Shown here: positions 43,664 through 59,732 of the stretch, piece after piece
How the letters are laid out: each line of letters begins with the position of its first letter
Position numbering within the stretch: the stretch's first letter is position 1
NCBI GenBank assembly: GCA_964016885.1
Contig: OZ024742.1
Location: forward strand, 285,448,001 to 285,512,000
Source of the DNA: Eledone cirrhosa
Lineage: Eukaryota
DNA: 64,000 bases
Direction: 5' to 3'
Translations under genes and position numbers: made by a program
The notes under the pieces: generated by a model
Told to the model about the DNA's origin: nothing
Seen by the model: the letters and a program-made list of their open reading frames with translations, nothing else
Database searches by the model: none

Positions 43664-43875
43664 GGACAAAATGAAAACACACACACACATAGAACAAACA
43701 ACCAACCAACAACATGTAAATAAATAAATAAATAAACAAATAGATAAATGTACACAAACACACACAGACACCCGGATGTGGCGCATGCGCAAACTGAGCA
43801 CACAACACACACACAGAAACAAAATGGCGTAGGACAGAAGAAAGGAAAGGCACAGAAACAAAGAAAGGAATCCCC

Positions 43876-43920
43876 AGTCACTGAAGAGGTCACAGAGTGT
43901 GTGACGAAAGGACTATGACT
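43876..43920 (+). ncRNA. Minimal hammerhead ribozyme in PLE pLTR
   Basis: AGTCA-CTGAAGA-GGTCAC agagtgt GTGAC-GAAA-GGAC-TA-TGACT. Confidence 0.78.
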
Positions 43921-44082
43921 ATATATAAACAACTATCTGGTTGTGGAACCAACCAACCAACCAACCAGAAATTTATAAGTTTGTAGATTTGTAAATCTAT
44001 AAATTTATAAATATATAATAAATTGAAGTGAAAGCAACTGGTGCGTGTGTTTCTTATTGGCAACATGACCCTCCCAAAGTAT

Positions 44083-44535
<453 letters not shown>

Positions 44536-44693
44536 CCTTTTTTTTTTTTTTTATATATATATATAGAATACGTGTATTCCCAATGTATTGCGGGAGGTGA
44601 ACACAGTTTAAAAAAAAGTACTCAATTCATTAGTAGACCAGAGGCATATTTAGATGATTTATTAGGAATGAAACAGTTCTAGTTATGTAAAAG

Positions 44694-44791
<98 letters not shown>

Positions 44792-44949
44792 CGAAGGAAG
44801 TGTGATAAGGAACCAGGTGGACCATAACGTACCAGAGTACTCAATACTTAGGGTAGTAGAGTGGGTAATAGGAAAATGTTCAAGACCCTGACGTCCAGAA
44901 ATAGCCGTCGAAACGGCTTGAGCTCTGCCGTCGGGGTCTTGAACATTTT

Positions 44950-45003
<54 letters not shown>

Positions 45004-45072
45004 TATATATGCGGAGAGTGAGGCGCTAGGTAAGTAGATAAGCTCATAACAGAAATCTTTAGAGATATAGAA

Positions 45073-45124
<52 letters not shown>

Positions 45125-45289
45125 AGAGAGAGAGAGGGAGAGAGGGATATGAAAGTGTACGAGGCAGGAGAAACACAGGCCTTACGATAATAGCTCAGTT
45201 ATTTTGATATTTTGAGGGGGAAGCCCTGTCTTATATGCAGTGGAAAAAAAGAGCTGACGCGTCAGAACACCAGTATCTTTTGTTAAGAC

Positions 45290-45373
<84 letters not shown>

Positions 45374-45547
45374 TATATCATGTTGTATAGAGATATATGC
45401 AGCGATGGTAAGGTTGGGTGGGTGGGCTAGATATTGCAGTTGTTTGGGTGGAGAGGCTGGGGTGAGAAGGGTTGGAGGGAAAGAACGGATGATGAGGTGA
45501 GATGGAGAGAGATGGGGGCTGGGCACCAAATAAAGATAGGGAGAGTT

Positions 45548-45581
<34 letters not shown>

Positions 45582-45583
45582 GA

Positions 45584-45614
<31 letters not shown>

Positions 45615-45617
45615 TGA

Positions 45618-45658
<41 letters not shown>

Positions 45659-45697
45659 GTCAAGAGAGGTAGAGGAAGACGATGATGATGATGATGG

Positions 45698-45731
<34 letters not shown>

Positions 45732-45886
45732 AATGATGATGATGATGACGATGATGAGTAAAGAACCCGGTTTACTGGTTTTTTACATTTTCATTGCACC
45801 TGTATGGAGCAATGACTGGAATTTTTCATTTCTTTCTCATATTACATTCCTTTCTCTTTCTCTTTTTCTTTCTCTTACTTTCTCTC

Positions 45887-45922
<36 letters not shown>

Positions 45923-46029
45923 CCCCTCTATATATCTCCCTCTCCCCCCTTCCCCTCTCTCCCTATATATATATGTATATAAACATGTACACGCAGATGC
46001 ATACATAGTTACACCCACTTTCACACACA

Positions 46030-46085
<56 letters not shown>

Positions 46086-46207
46086 TATGACATAACGAAT
46101 ATAATACATAATTATATAGAAACCTGTGCACACACAAACATACTCATAGATAGACACACACACACACACACACGCACACACCCACGCACACACGCACACA
46201 CACACAC

Positions 46208-46950
<743 letters not shown>

Positions 46951-47199
46951 TATATATATATATATATTTATTTGATAGAATGAATAAAATACATGATTAT
47001 ATAGAAACATGTCCACAAAAATGCATAGATAGTTACACCCACCTTCACACATATAACTGTTCAAAGACAAACATACTCATAAATACACACACACATTGGC
47101 GGAAGAGTGTATGCCCAAGGTCCACGTAACCGGAAGCTCTACACCACTAGATGATGAGTTAATGATCTGTCTATCCTTGGTTATTCTGATCTCTTAACA

Positions 47200-47370
47200 A
47201 CATGGTCGGACGCCATGCTTTGCAGTAAAGAGTTACGGCCCTTTATGGTCTGAGTTCAAATCCCGCCGAGGTTAACTTTGCCTTTCATCCTTACGGGGTC
47301 GATGAAATAAAGTACCAGTAATGCACTGGGATAATTCCTGGCCTTGTGCCTAAAGTAGAAACAATTATTT
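47200..47370 (+). mobile_element. SINE family A
   Basis: Core and tail match. Confidence 0.85.
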
Positions 47371-47399
47371 TATAGAAACTAACTTCCACAATATAGTTC

Positions 47400-47625
47400 T
47401 AAAGACCGTCTTGATCCCGGGGCCTCATCAGGCCAGTGCTTATCCCGGGTTCCGTGGCAGGCGTGAAGCGACTGACTAGACAGGACGCCAGTCCATCGCA
47501 GGGTTAAACCCACTGCTATTGCTAAAACTCATTTTCAACTAAGAGCAATGTGAAATGAAGTGTTTTGCTCAAGAACACAACACACAACTCAGTCCAGAGA
47601 TCGACCCCACGACATTATGATCTCT
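47400..47625 (-). mobile_element. SINE family B
   Basis: Core and tail match. Confidence 0.75.
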
Positions 47626-47774
47626 ATGTGGCACAGTAAAAATAAGCAAGTCTATTCTAAAATTGAATACACAACTCTTTCACTGTGTTCTTTTGTTTTT
47701 CTTTTTATTTCTAATTCCAGCGATAGTCTTGTTTCTCTGTGAAACTAGCTCCTTCATAGTAGGAATTCAAATAA

Positions 47775-47809
<35 letters not shown>

Positions 47810-47812
<3 letters not shown>

Positions 47813-47962
47813 GGCCGTCGTAACAGCATTATAGGACCCCGGGCAAACCAGAGCACTGGGGCCCCTACCTACACAACCACTCACAGGAATAAAAATACAA
47901 ATGGCCCCCCTATCCTCGTGGGGCCCCCGGGCCCAGCGTGCCCATGCGTTAAGACGGCCCTG
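47810..47962. mobile_element. MITE with 10-bp TIR, in (TA)n
   Basis: CAGGGCCGTC...GACGGCCCTG; GC-rich subterminal GGGCCCC motifs (hAT-like). Confidence 0.75.
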
Positions 47963-48147
47963 TATATATATACGTTAACACAAATATGCATATAAAGACA
48001 GAAATACTTAGGGTGTTCTCACACATTCCTATTATTGCTTATGCGTATTAAGTTATTTACAATTTAAGTTATAAGATGGTTTTTTTTAAGTTAAAGCTGT
48101 TTGTTTTTCATTCTATGATTCAAAGTATTTATTATTAACCCACTGAA

Positions 48148-48363
48148 GGGCGGTAGATTGGCAGTATCAGTAGAGGGTCGGACGCCATGCTTTGCAGCAT
48201 AGAGTTACGGCCCTTTATGATCTGAGTTTAAATCCCGCCTAGGTTAACTTTGCCTTTCATCCTTACAGAGTCGATAAAATAAAGTATCAGTCACGCACTG
48301 GGGTCGATTTAATCGACTTTCCCCTCCCCTCAAATTGCTGGCCTTGTGCCTACATAAGAAACC
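48148..48363 (+). mobile_element. SINE family A with 17-bp TSD
   Basis: ATTATTAACCCACTGAA at 48131-48147 and 48364-48380. Confidence 0.9.
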
Positions 48364-48539
48364 ATTATTAACCCACTGAACAGTGTTAATATTTGGGGCA
48401 TTTATAAATACGTAGAAGAAATGGCTGAAGGAATAGATGCTATTGCGAGACAACATGGGAAAGTATCATTTATCATAGGCTTGATTTGATCCAAGCTTTG
48501 TGAGGGAAATTTGATTAACAAACACTGTTATGTTAACGT

Positions 48540-48912
48540 AGGCAGATGTTACGGGCAAAACCGGCCGACAGGAGATCCAGAGGTAGACCCTGAGCAAGAT
48601 GGATAGATAATATCCATGAACTCGGCTGGTCTCCCTTGGGGATTCAGCCGGATCAATTGGAGACGTTTGCTTCTGACAGGAATTGCTGGAAGGAGTGCTG
48701 AGGATTCTACCCCCACCACCCTCTCAGGAATAAGTGGGTGAAGAATAAGATGATGTGATATGATAACATCCATGAGCTTGACTGGTCTTGCTTAGGGAGC
48801 CAGCCGGATCAATTGGAGACGGTGAATTTTGTCAGGACCCATTGGAAGGAGTGTTTGAGGACTCTGTCCTCAAGAACCTCTCAGGAATGATTTGGCGAAG
48901 AAGAAGAAGAAG
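48540..48912 (+). mobile_element. RTE LINE 3' end, tandemly duplicated, (GAA)n tail
   Basis: AKP..RRSRGRP..RWIDNI..LGWS; 48605-48750 repeated at 48760-48910. Confidence 0.7.
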
Positions 48913-49339
48913 GGTACACGTGTCTGTCAAAAAATCAGCCACGTGAACGTAATTTAACACTCATTGTCGGAGCCGACGGAGGAACATTTATTTGCTTTAG
49001 AACAAATCATAAATTCTAGCAAGAATGGTGTGGTAATGTATTGAAACAGTAGCGACTGACAAACCTGGGCATAATCTCATAAAAAAGGTATTCTATTATA
49101 AAACAATTTTACAAGAACTGTTCTACACCCACAGAATAAGGAATGCTACAGAAAAAAGACATATTTATAATTCATTAGGAAAAACCACATGAAAACACGT
49201 CTGAATAGATTGTTCCAGTTTAGCAGACAAAACATTAAATAGTTTAATACTAATTAACTAAACTTAATTATACACACAATGAGATCAAGCAAAAAAGTAT
49301 AAATAAATAAATAAATAAATAAATAAAAATAAATAAATA

Positions 49340-49372
<33 letters not shown>

Positions 49373-49428
49373 TGAAAAAAGAACGAAAAAGAAAATGGTT
49401 TTATCATATGAAACTCTTTTATAATATA

Positions 49429-50381
49429 CTAGCAGTAAAGCCCGGCGTTGCTCGGGGTCGCTCAGTAGCTGTGTTAAAGTTACAATGTTAAGTTTCTTTC
49501 TTGGCTTAAAAACTGTAGTGTCTACTGTGCAGACTTGCATGTGGTGTTTTTGATTAATATTCCCTCAACCAACAATATGCCTTATGAAGTTAAGAAAACA
49601 TAACGATAACCCGAATGTTATAACAAAAGAGGATGCTGGGGATAGAAACTGCACTGGTTATTTATTAACAAAGATCGAAAATGTAAACACTGCAACGCAG
49701 AGAAAAACATTAGCGTAACCAAATTATCAGTTATGTCTGTCTGCACGCCTATATCACCTCTCTGCACGACTATCTGTCTGCACGCCTATATCACCTCTCT
49801 GCACGACTATCTGTCTGCACGCCTATATCACCTCTCTGCACGACTATCTGTCTGCACGCGTATATCACCTCTCTGCACGACTATCTGTCTGCACGACTGT
49901 CTGTCTGCACGCCTAACGACGAAATATTTGCTTGTTTTACGTAGTCTTTAAATAGACTTGTTTTCAAGTAAAAATATTGTTTTAAAATGCTTTTAAATGG
50001 AAATGAAGCAAAACGGAAGCTTAGTGTTCGAACTGATGAATTTTGCAGGTCAATATTTTGCTGGCTCGACAACTGATCGTTCGTGTATTGTGTTAATGTC
50101 ATTTTAAACGCTGAGAAAGCCAGCGTAATTTTTTACGTAAGACGCTCAATGTAAACAGAACAAAGGGAAATAACTGATAACTTACGCTCAAAAATCGATA
50201 CATTATATTCGATTTCGTCACATAGGGCGGGTCAATTTGAAATTTTTTTTTTCCCGATGTCTTCGCTAGGGCTCAATGTACAAGTATAGCAATTTCGGTG
50301 CAATTCCGTGAGAGATTCTAAGAGGAGATGTGTGCCAAAAATCGATAGACAGACAGACAACCACAGTTTTATATATATAGA
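49429..50381 (-). mobile_element. Non-autonomous Helitron
   Basis: Minus strand 5'-TCTATATATATAAAA..(GTCT)n...CCCGAGCAACGCCGGG hairpin..CTAG-3', inserted between A and T; internal 37-bp tandem repeat at 49737-49915. Confidence 0.85.
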
Positions 50382-50679
50382 TTTCATGACGTAAAAGTTT
50401 ACGTATTTTCAAACAATAAAAATATTTAAAAAAAAAAGCGTATCGAAACTTTAACAATAAAATTCAGAGAAGTTTAGCTGTATGTACGACAGCTGGTAAT
50501 TTAAAGAACAGTTACATACATTCAATTCATCTATCCAGCACCCCCTCCCCTCACGCGGCCTGAGCCGACTTGACCTGAGGCTATGGTAAGAGCCACTTGC
50601 CCAATATGACATTCAGTGGGATCGTATTCAAGAATATAGTCTTTGCGAAGACAAAACTTCTGGTTTCCTTTGCCCTTGG

Positions 50680-50812
50680 ACCACCATCGGCACGGAGGTG
50701 GCTACCTGTAGGTGTGGGCCTCACAAGCTTGAATGGCTCTTCCAATGCGCCTCCCTCATCATCCTCCGAGTAAACGCCTTCTCTATTCTATCCGTCGGAG
50801 CCGCGGGGTGAC
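50680..50812 (+). mobile_element. CRE-like 3' fragment (another at ~51550-51630)
   Basis: GGCTACCTGTAGGTGTG..GAATGGCTCTTCCA..CTCATCATCCTCCG..AAACGCC is homologous to the reverse of 2738-2825. Confidence 0.65.
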
Positions 50813-51057
50813 CAGTGCGTGGGTTCCTGTTTGCTTATATTATTGAGGGATGGAGAGAGCGAGAGAGACGGAGGCAGTGAAAAAGAACGAATTTAGAAAT
50901 TTAATAATCTCCACATAGTTATAACATCTTAACCATTTTCCCACACTGCCTCTAAAACTGTTTGGAAGCTTATTGGATGGACTCTACCTGTAATTCAAAT
51001 GACCAGCTCTGTCAAATACTGTGTCACGCTGAATTACCCTGAGCATTACATTAAAAG

Positions 51058-51305
51058 TACGAGGGTCGGCTTAAAAGTTCATAGGCTGACCAAGAAACCC
51101 TAATGAGGTTTATTTTTTAACATAGACCCTGGAAAGAAACAATGCAGTTATTAATAAGAATAGTTCAAATTTATGCATACAAGAGATCACAGCTCTAGCA
51201 ACATTCCTTCACAGGCTGACGAAGATGCTCTCATGAAATAACCAAATGGTTTATTTTTCAACATAGACCCTGAAAAGAAACAATGTAGTTATTAATAAGA
51301 AGAGT
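51058..51305 (+). mobile_element. Mariner-like terminal fragment with internal direct repeat
   Basis: TA-CGAGGGTCGGCTTAAAAGTTC; 51083-51165 repeated at 51212-51305. Confidence 0.5.
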
Positions 51306-52472
51306 TGGAATTAGCATCACTCCTTCATAGTCAGCCTCAGGGTCGATAAAATAAAGTACCAGTCAAGCGCTGGAGTTGATTTAATCAACTTTGCCCATCT
51401 CCTAAATTTGCTGACCATGTGCTTCAATTAGAAATTAATATTTAAAAAAATATATGTCTGGAGATTACTCACCCACACACATATTAAATTAATCAGAATA
51501 CCGTTCGATTTGATCAAATAACCGGAGCACTCATACTTTTCCATTGAATTGAGCGAGCCCCACGAGTTAGAGTGGCTGTTCCAGCGCAACGTCTTCTCCA
51601 TTCTCTCCTTCGCAAGGACCACGAAGCGGATTAACTCTTAAATGAGAGTAAAGTTGATTGTCAACTTGTATATTAAGAAATATCTTTAGTTGATGTAAAT
51701 ATTTAGTCTTTTATACAGTGGCTCCTAAATTTACTTTGTCACGAAATTCTCGCACGATTTTCAAAATATATCGGAAACTATTCCAAAACTAGTGGAATCT
51801 AACCTAAAGGCTGTGACGAAATATTTGCTTTTATTAATTACTTTTTTTAATTGAATTTTTTTTTTTCAAATTAAACCATACTTTATTTTGAAAATATATT
51901 AATTAATTAAAAATACATTTGTAGCAATGAGAATAAACCATTTTCTAAATGACTAATCTTGGTGAATGTGGCCTAGGGAGACGACTGAATAAAAAAATTT
52001 ATTAGAATTATTTAGCATCTCAGTGACAACTCCTAGACAGTTCCAAGGAAGTAAAGTCTAACATGTTTGTAGATGTTTCTTTCTTCGGTCCAGTAACGCA
52101 TGAGAGAGTCCTGGGGGCGTCGCTTTGAATACGGCGTTTCTATGGCATTTTATATCCTGGCGGAGCCCATTCCTCTCCAGGTCTTAACACAATATATTTC
52201 TTCCAGAGAAGGATAGTGAATGAGACTAGAAGTGAGAAAGAGATATAGAGGAAGAATTGACCCCAGCACTAAACTGGTACTTTTCTTTATCGACATTGAA
52301 TGGATGAATGGCAAAGTAGACCTCGGTGGGATTTGAACTTAGAGAGCAAAGAATCGAAACGAATACCGCAAAGTATTCCATCTGACGTTCTAGCGACTCT
52401 GCCAATTCGTCACCTCTGCAGATGTTTATAATCTATATTTGAAAATATCCGAAACTCATTTTATTATTTAAA

Positions 52473-53935
52473 CTAGCAGAAAAACCACCTTACGGGTGGT
52501 TTTCTGATAGCATGTGGAGTGTGTATATTGATATTATACACAAATATATATGCGCATGTAAATATGATACATCAAATAAAATCGTAATTGACAATATACA
52601 CAGAAATTGAACAAAGTCTATGTTACACTGTCTTCTGTAATCAGTAATCCATGATATATTAAAAAAAAGACGACGTTATATATAAACTGCATTAGGAGAA
52701 AATTAGTGACGGAAATATATGCGATTATAAGTGTTATAATATAACTGTTTCTACTTTTGGCACAAGGCCAGCAATTACCCAGTACTGGTACTTTATTTTA
52801 TCGACCCCGTAAGGATGAAAGGCAAAGTTAACCTCGACGGGATTTGAACTCAGACCGTAAAGGGACGTAACTATGCTGGAAAGCATGGCGTCCGACTCTC
52901 TACCGATACTGCCAATCCAGAGCCGCTAATCGGAAGTGTTGACATTTGATAATTTTAAAGAAGTGAATTTTAAAGATTAAGCTATAAAATATATTTAATC
53001 AACAGCCACGAAATTTAGCACATAAATTATGTAATATTCATTAATTATTTATTCAAAGTAATCCAACTTATTTTACAAACGGGGTAAAAAAATATATTCT
53101 GGACGCAATCCCGCAGACCCTCTTTTATTATAGATAAGATTTACAAACGGGGTAAAAAAATATGTTCTGGACGCAATCCCGCAGACCTTCCTTTATTATA
53201 GTTAAGATACCAATATTTCCTCTGTAGAACAATTGGTGGGGGAAAAATATATACTGAAAATCTAGAAAAATTCCAGAATATTAAATTGGTAATTCTTTAC
53301 ATTAGTACTTCTTTTTAAATCTTAATGTTGATTACCATATTCTATTTACTACATTTATTGTATTTCAGATTTCTTTGGTAAACGTGCATCATTGTGTAGA
53401 AAAACTACCCCTCGGGTGGTTTTCTGCTAGCATGTGTAGTGTGTATATTGATATTATACGCAAGTATATATACATGTAGATATGATACATCAAATAAAAT
53501 CGTTATTGACAATATACACAGAAATTGAACGAAGACGTTGTTACACTGTCTTATGCAATCAGTAACGTAATCCATGATACATTAAAAAAAGACGATATTA
53601 TATATAAACTGCATTAGGAGAAAATTAATAGAAAATTAGTGACAGAAAATTAGTATATTTATTTAAGTGATCGCCACCGGAAGTGTTGACATCACACACT
53701 CTCTCTTTCTATATATATATGGTAGTTGAAGTGGTGGTGGTGGTGGCAACGATATATCGGAAGTGCAACTTTGAAAAGAAGTCAATTTTAAATTATTTTT
53801 GTTTACGAAATTTAGTAGATAAATTATGTAATATTATTCATTATTTATTAAAAGTAATCCAACTTATTTTACTAACGGGATAAAAAAAAATAAACCGTAC
53901 GCAGTCCCGCAGACCTTCCTTTATTATAGTTTAGA
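52473..53935 (-). mobile_element. Two tandem non-autonomous Helitrons (52473-53197 and 53396-53935); the first carries a SINE A at 52745-52925
   Basis: 3' CTAG preceded by hairpin GAAAACCACCCGTAAGGTGGTTTTTC; 5' TC..TATAATAAA(A)GGAAGG; bodies align. Confidence 0.8.
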
Positions 53936-54300
53936 TATTACGACAAACATTCTCTCTTATTTTAACGTAGCTTGTCAATAAACGAGGACGGAAATACCCC
54001 ATATATGTTGTAGCTTTACCTTTCATATTTACGGGGTCGATAAAATAAAGTACTAGTCACGCACTGGGGTCGATTTAATCGACTTTCCCCTCCCCCAAAA
54101 TTGGTGGCACATGAGTGTCTGAACCACTTATATATATCTCTATATATCGGCCGTTGACTGTATATATCGTTTTATAAATATTAATTTCGTCAATTGAGGT
54201 TAAATATTTGTTTGTTATATATAAGCATGAGTTTATAGTTTCGACTTCTGATAAAATTCTATGACAACTACTTATCAATAAAAGAAAGAGTTATATATTC

Positions 54301-54339
<39 letters not shown>

Positions 54340-54341
<2 letters not shown>

Positions 54342-55100
54342 CAAGCCCTACAATACCGACCTGCAAACACAAATACAATACAACACAGCTACACCAGACC
54401 AGGAGGGATCGAAATTCCCGTGTCGAAATCGATACGAGACCTGGGAATAGTCATGAGCGACGATGCATCTTTTTCGTCACACATCATGAGGGTGGCTACA
54501 ATGTGCAGACGACTCGCTGGCTAGATCTTGAGAACTTTCCGGACAAGGGACTGAGAGAACATGTTGATACTATGGAGGAGATTTGTCCTAAGCCGCCAAA
54601 ACTATTGCTCCCAGTTGTGGTCACCCCATAGTATCAAACTAACTACAGAGGTTGAGGCAATTCAATAAAGCTACACCAAGAGGATTGCCACAATGAAGGA
54701 GACAAGCTACTGGGAGAGGCTAAAAGAACTGAAACTCTACTCCTTGGAACGAAGACGGGAGAGATACGCAGTGATATACATATGGAAAATCCTGGAGGGA
54801 CTAGCACCAAACTTTGGCATTGAGAGCTAGACCAACCCCTGAACAGGACGTCACTGTGTGGTGCCAAAGGTCCCGTTTTCCACATCTAGAATAAGGAGCA
54901 GATATTTCAATAGCCTGGGGTTCAAAGGCCCTCAACAATTCAACAAGCTGCCTAGGAATTTGAGAGATCTGTATGGTGTGGACGTGGATATTTTCAAGAA
55001 ACATCTCGACACCCTGCTATCCAGGATCCCGGATTAGCCCACACCACGGTACGAAGGTATCCTAATTGCAGCAGCAACGAACTCCTTCTTACACTAATGG
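54340..55100 (+). pseudogene. CR1/L2-group LINE RT C-terminal fragment
   Basis: IRDLGIVM..ILRTFRTRD..YCSQLWSP..LEAIQ..SYWERLKELKLYSLERRRERY..WKILEG, with stops and frameshifts. Confidence 0.8.
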
Positions 55101-55656
55101 CCAGGCAACACAGGTAGGAGATAGAATGTGTAGAAGAGAATATATATATATATGTTTTTAGGTGAGGAATTGACAGAGTTGCTAGAACGTCAGACAGAAT
55201 GATTTGTGGGATTCTTTCAGGTCCTCTGCTCTCTGAGTTCAAATTCTGCCGAGGTCTATTTTGCCTTTCATCCATTCGAGGAAAAAAGTACCAGTCTAGT
55301 ACCGGGGTTGATTCTTCATCTATATCCCTTTCTCACTTCATGTCTCTCTCACTCTATATCCTTCTCTGAACGAAATCTGTTGTGTTCAGTCCTGGAGAGA
55401 TATGGGCTCCATCAGGCTTAAAAATGCCGGAGAAACGCTGTATGTCACTACGGTGCTCCCACGACACCATCAAGAGCTATGGAACCATACCTTACCATAT
55501 ATGTCCCAAGCGTTGTCTATATATGTATTTGCATGCGCACATACACTAACATATGTACATAATTAACATAATTACACACATACATTATATATATATATAT
55601 ATATCACCCCCCCCCCACTCTCAAGAGCGTGAACCTAATAAACCTTTATTTGTCTG

Positions 55657-55725
<69 letters not shown>

Positions 55726-56247
55726 TTGTACACACATACCCTAGCATATATATATGTATATATAATGTGTGTGTTCATATACACACGGTCACACATAAAT
55801 ATATACATTTCTGAGAGAGACACAGACACTCCAATATAAGCATTTTTCACACCAAAATCTTTAGAATAATATTTTATAGTTACTAATATAGTTACAAATA
55901 TAAAAAGAATGTATAAAATATATATATAGATCAACGTAATAATTCTCCAAATATATTATAGCCTATATGTCAATAACTTATAAATACTTAAATACATATA
56001 TAGAAGTAATTTAGACAGGGACTACTGAACAATGTCTCTATATATATCTAATATATAATACACAATGTTTTATGGTTGGTTTACATTATAAGTATGTGTG
56101 TGTGTATATATATGTATATATATATGTGTATGGCATTGACTATATATATATGGGGTCTTACTGGTTCCTATTACCCACTCTACTACCCTAAGTATTGAGT
56201 ACTTTGGTGCGTTATGGTCCACCTGGTTCCTTACCACATTTCCTTCG

Positions 56248-56345
<98 letters not shown>

Positions 56346-56738
56346 GTGTGTATGTGTGTGTGTACGTATATATGTATATATATATATACACATACATATA
56401 TACATACATATATACATACATGTATACATTAATAATTTTTTTTTCAATCTATGAGGAAATACGTAAAATGGACATGTTTACATATTTAAATACTCAGATA
56501 TATATTTCCTTTATATTTGTAATATTACAAAGATAGTGAATACATTTATTTTTATTATCACATTTATAGATGTTCCTATTCATTTACCTACTGTTAGTCA
56601 CTGTGGTAAATATATATTTCCAAAATTACGTGACGCGTGACTGGTAACAATCTAGTATACATTAAAATGATTTTGTCCGAACGCAACGACCTATGAAAAC
56701 ACTGTCACATATGAACGGCCATTATTTTCTCCACCCCC

Positions 56739-56773
<35 letters not shown>

Positions 56774-56977
56774 GAATAGAATGAAACGAAATTTCATTTC
56801 TCACTCTCAGTACGGCTGTTACTTAAATGTAAGTATGCATACGTACATACATATATGTATACAGACGTACAGTAGTATGTATATATATACTCACATGCAC
56901 ACATATATATATGCACGTATCGGTTTACCGAACATTTATTATAATGCTCGGTTTGTTTGTTTGTAAACAAGAAAAGT

Positions 56978-57236
56978 ATATACTTAAGGAAAGTATATAC
57001 TTTCAGACGTTCAACCATCTGGCAGGAAGGTATACGATGTTGACGATAGCTAATAAGCTTGAAACTAGTACATCGTTCCTGCCCAAATTACGCCGTACAG
57101 TGTTTAGGAAACCACGTCACCTTTTTGTTCAACAGTGACACAGGAACGATGTACTAGTTTCAAGCTTATTAGCTATCGTCAGCATCGTATACCTTCCTGC
57201 CAGATGGCTGAACGTCTGAAAGTATTACTTTCCTTA
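56978..57236. mobile_element. Fold-back element with a hammerhead on each arm
   Basis: Arms 56978-57081 and 57141-57236. Confidence 0.88.
57146..57188 (-). ncRNA. Minimal type I hammerhead ribozyme (mirror 57034-57076 has C3 changed to T)
   Basis: ACGATG-CTGACGA-T AGCT aata AGCT T-GAAA-CTAG-TA-CATCGT; palindromic CTAG in stem III. Confidence 0.82.
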
Positions 57237-57467
57237 TGCATATTAACGGCTGAGCAGCCTAATTTGCATATCGAGTGAGTTTAGTCGGCCGGGCGCACCG
57301 GAAACGATAAATGGAATAGAATGAAACGAAATTTCATTTCTCACTCTTAGTACGGCACTTACTTAAATGTAAGTATGTATGTATATGTACATACATATAT
57401 GTATACAAACGTACAGTAGTATGTATATATATATACATACATGCACATTTATATATATATATATGTT

Positions 57468-57680
57468 TGAAGGCGTGTGGCTGAGTGGTTAGAGTATTGG
57501 ATTCACAATCGTGAGGTTGTGAGTTCGATTCCTGAACCAGGCGATGCGTTATGTCCTTGAGCAAGACACTTTATTTCACGTTGCTCCTTCTACCTGGAGT
57601 TGCGACCGATAGATAGTATTAGCAATTGGAAAGACCAACGGAAACATGGTTTCCTCGGTCCGATTTGACGAAAGTCGATC
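57468..57680 (+). mobile_element. SINE family B, full length
   Basis: TGGCTGAGTGGTTAG A-box, GAGTTCGATTCC B-box. Confidence 0.85.
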
Positions 57681-57807
57681 GACTAGAATATAATATAATA
57701 TATGTTTACAAACAAACCGAGCATTATAATAAATGTTCGGTAAACCGATACGTGCATATATATATGTGTGCATGTATGTGTATATATACATACTACTGTA
57801 CGTCTGT

Positions 57808-58561
<754 letters not shown>

Positions 58562-59697
58562 TTAAAAGAATAGAGGTGTAACACACGAGTTGTGATATAT
58601 TGGCTAAAGGAAAAGAAAATGCTGACAAATTGTTCCCAGTGAAAAATAGTTTAATTAGGAATAAGTAAAAATTAGTAATAAGTATTGGTTAGTATTCAGT
58701 TTTGGTTTTAAGTTTTACCGGTTGCGCATTTCTAATGCTTTTCAAAAATAATTTTGAGATAGAGTGTCCGTGCTGTTTGCTCTAATCTGATCAGTTTTGG
58801 AAATTCTACCTGTTTTATGTGAAAAAAGTGGCTTCAGCGGTATTAAAATAAGTTCCGCGCCAATTCGTGTTGCAAAAAATCTTGTGGTCAAAACAATTTT
58901 GATTGGTCGGTAGAAGTCACGTGAATGTTAAAAATTGACAAACCTACATTTGGCGCAAAATCAATTTTTGGGTTTGGTCGGAAGAGGGGAGATGTGGGGT
59001 GCGCGCGCAACAGGAAGTGGTCAGAGGTTCAAGGCAGGAGGAGGGTTGTGTGTCTGTGTGCGCGGAGAGGTGGTCAGAGATTCAGGGCATAGCAGCAGTC
59101 GGAGAGAATGGCAGGTAGAGAAAGTCGGTGTATCAGTGTGTGCGGAGGTGCGGTGGACAGGGGAGGGGATGGGTAGGTGTGAAAGAGGAGGGGGGGGGGG
59201 GTGTATTAGTAGAGGTGTTAGTGGGATGTGTGTGTGTGTGAGAAAGGTGTGGGGGCCGGTGGAGGGAATGTAGTGTACTGGTGTGTGTGTGCGTGTTTGG
59301 ATGAGTGTGTGTGTGGTGAAGGGGGTGTTAGTGGGTGTTAGTATACTGGTGGTGGGGAAAGGGTTGAATGCGGGTGTTAGTGGGGGTCAGTGGTGGTAGG
59401 GTGTGTAGAGTGGGTGGTGTATGTGGGTGTGTGTGTTCGTGTGCGTGGGGTCGGGGGGGGGGGGGTGTTAGTGGTATTAGTTGTGGGGTGGTGGGAGTGG
59501 ATGTGTGGGTGAGGGTTAGTGGTGGTAGTAGGACGTGTGGTTATGTGTGAGTGCGTATATATATGTACCGGTGGGTGTGTGCGTGATAAGGGGTGGGGGG
59601 GAGAAAGGATGTTAGTATTGTTAGTTGGGGAAGGGTGGTCGGGTGTGGGGTGGGGGTGTTAGTATTGTTAGTTGTGGGGTGGGCGGTGAAAAGGAGG

Positions 59698-59732
<35 letters not shown>

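Noticed and set aside
44868-44953. Apparent complete hammerhead with a 21-bp stem I
   Set aside because: The CTGACG is the mirrored arm (CCGACG in the 32635 copy) and lacks A9 and stem II; only the GAAA/stem III half is real
57468-57545. tRNA gene candidates (also 44318 and 8680)
   Set aside because: A/B boxes belong to SINE heads that continue into SINE cores; no complete cloverleaf
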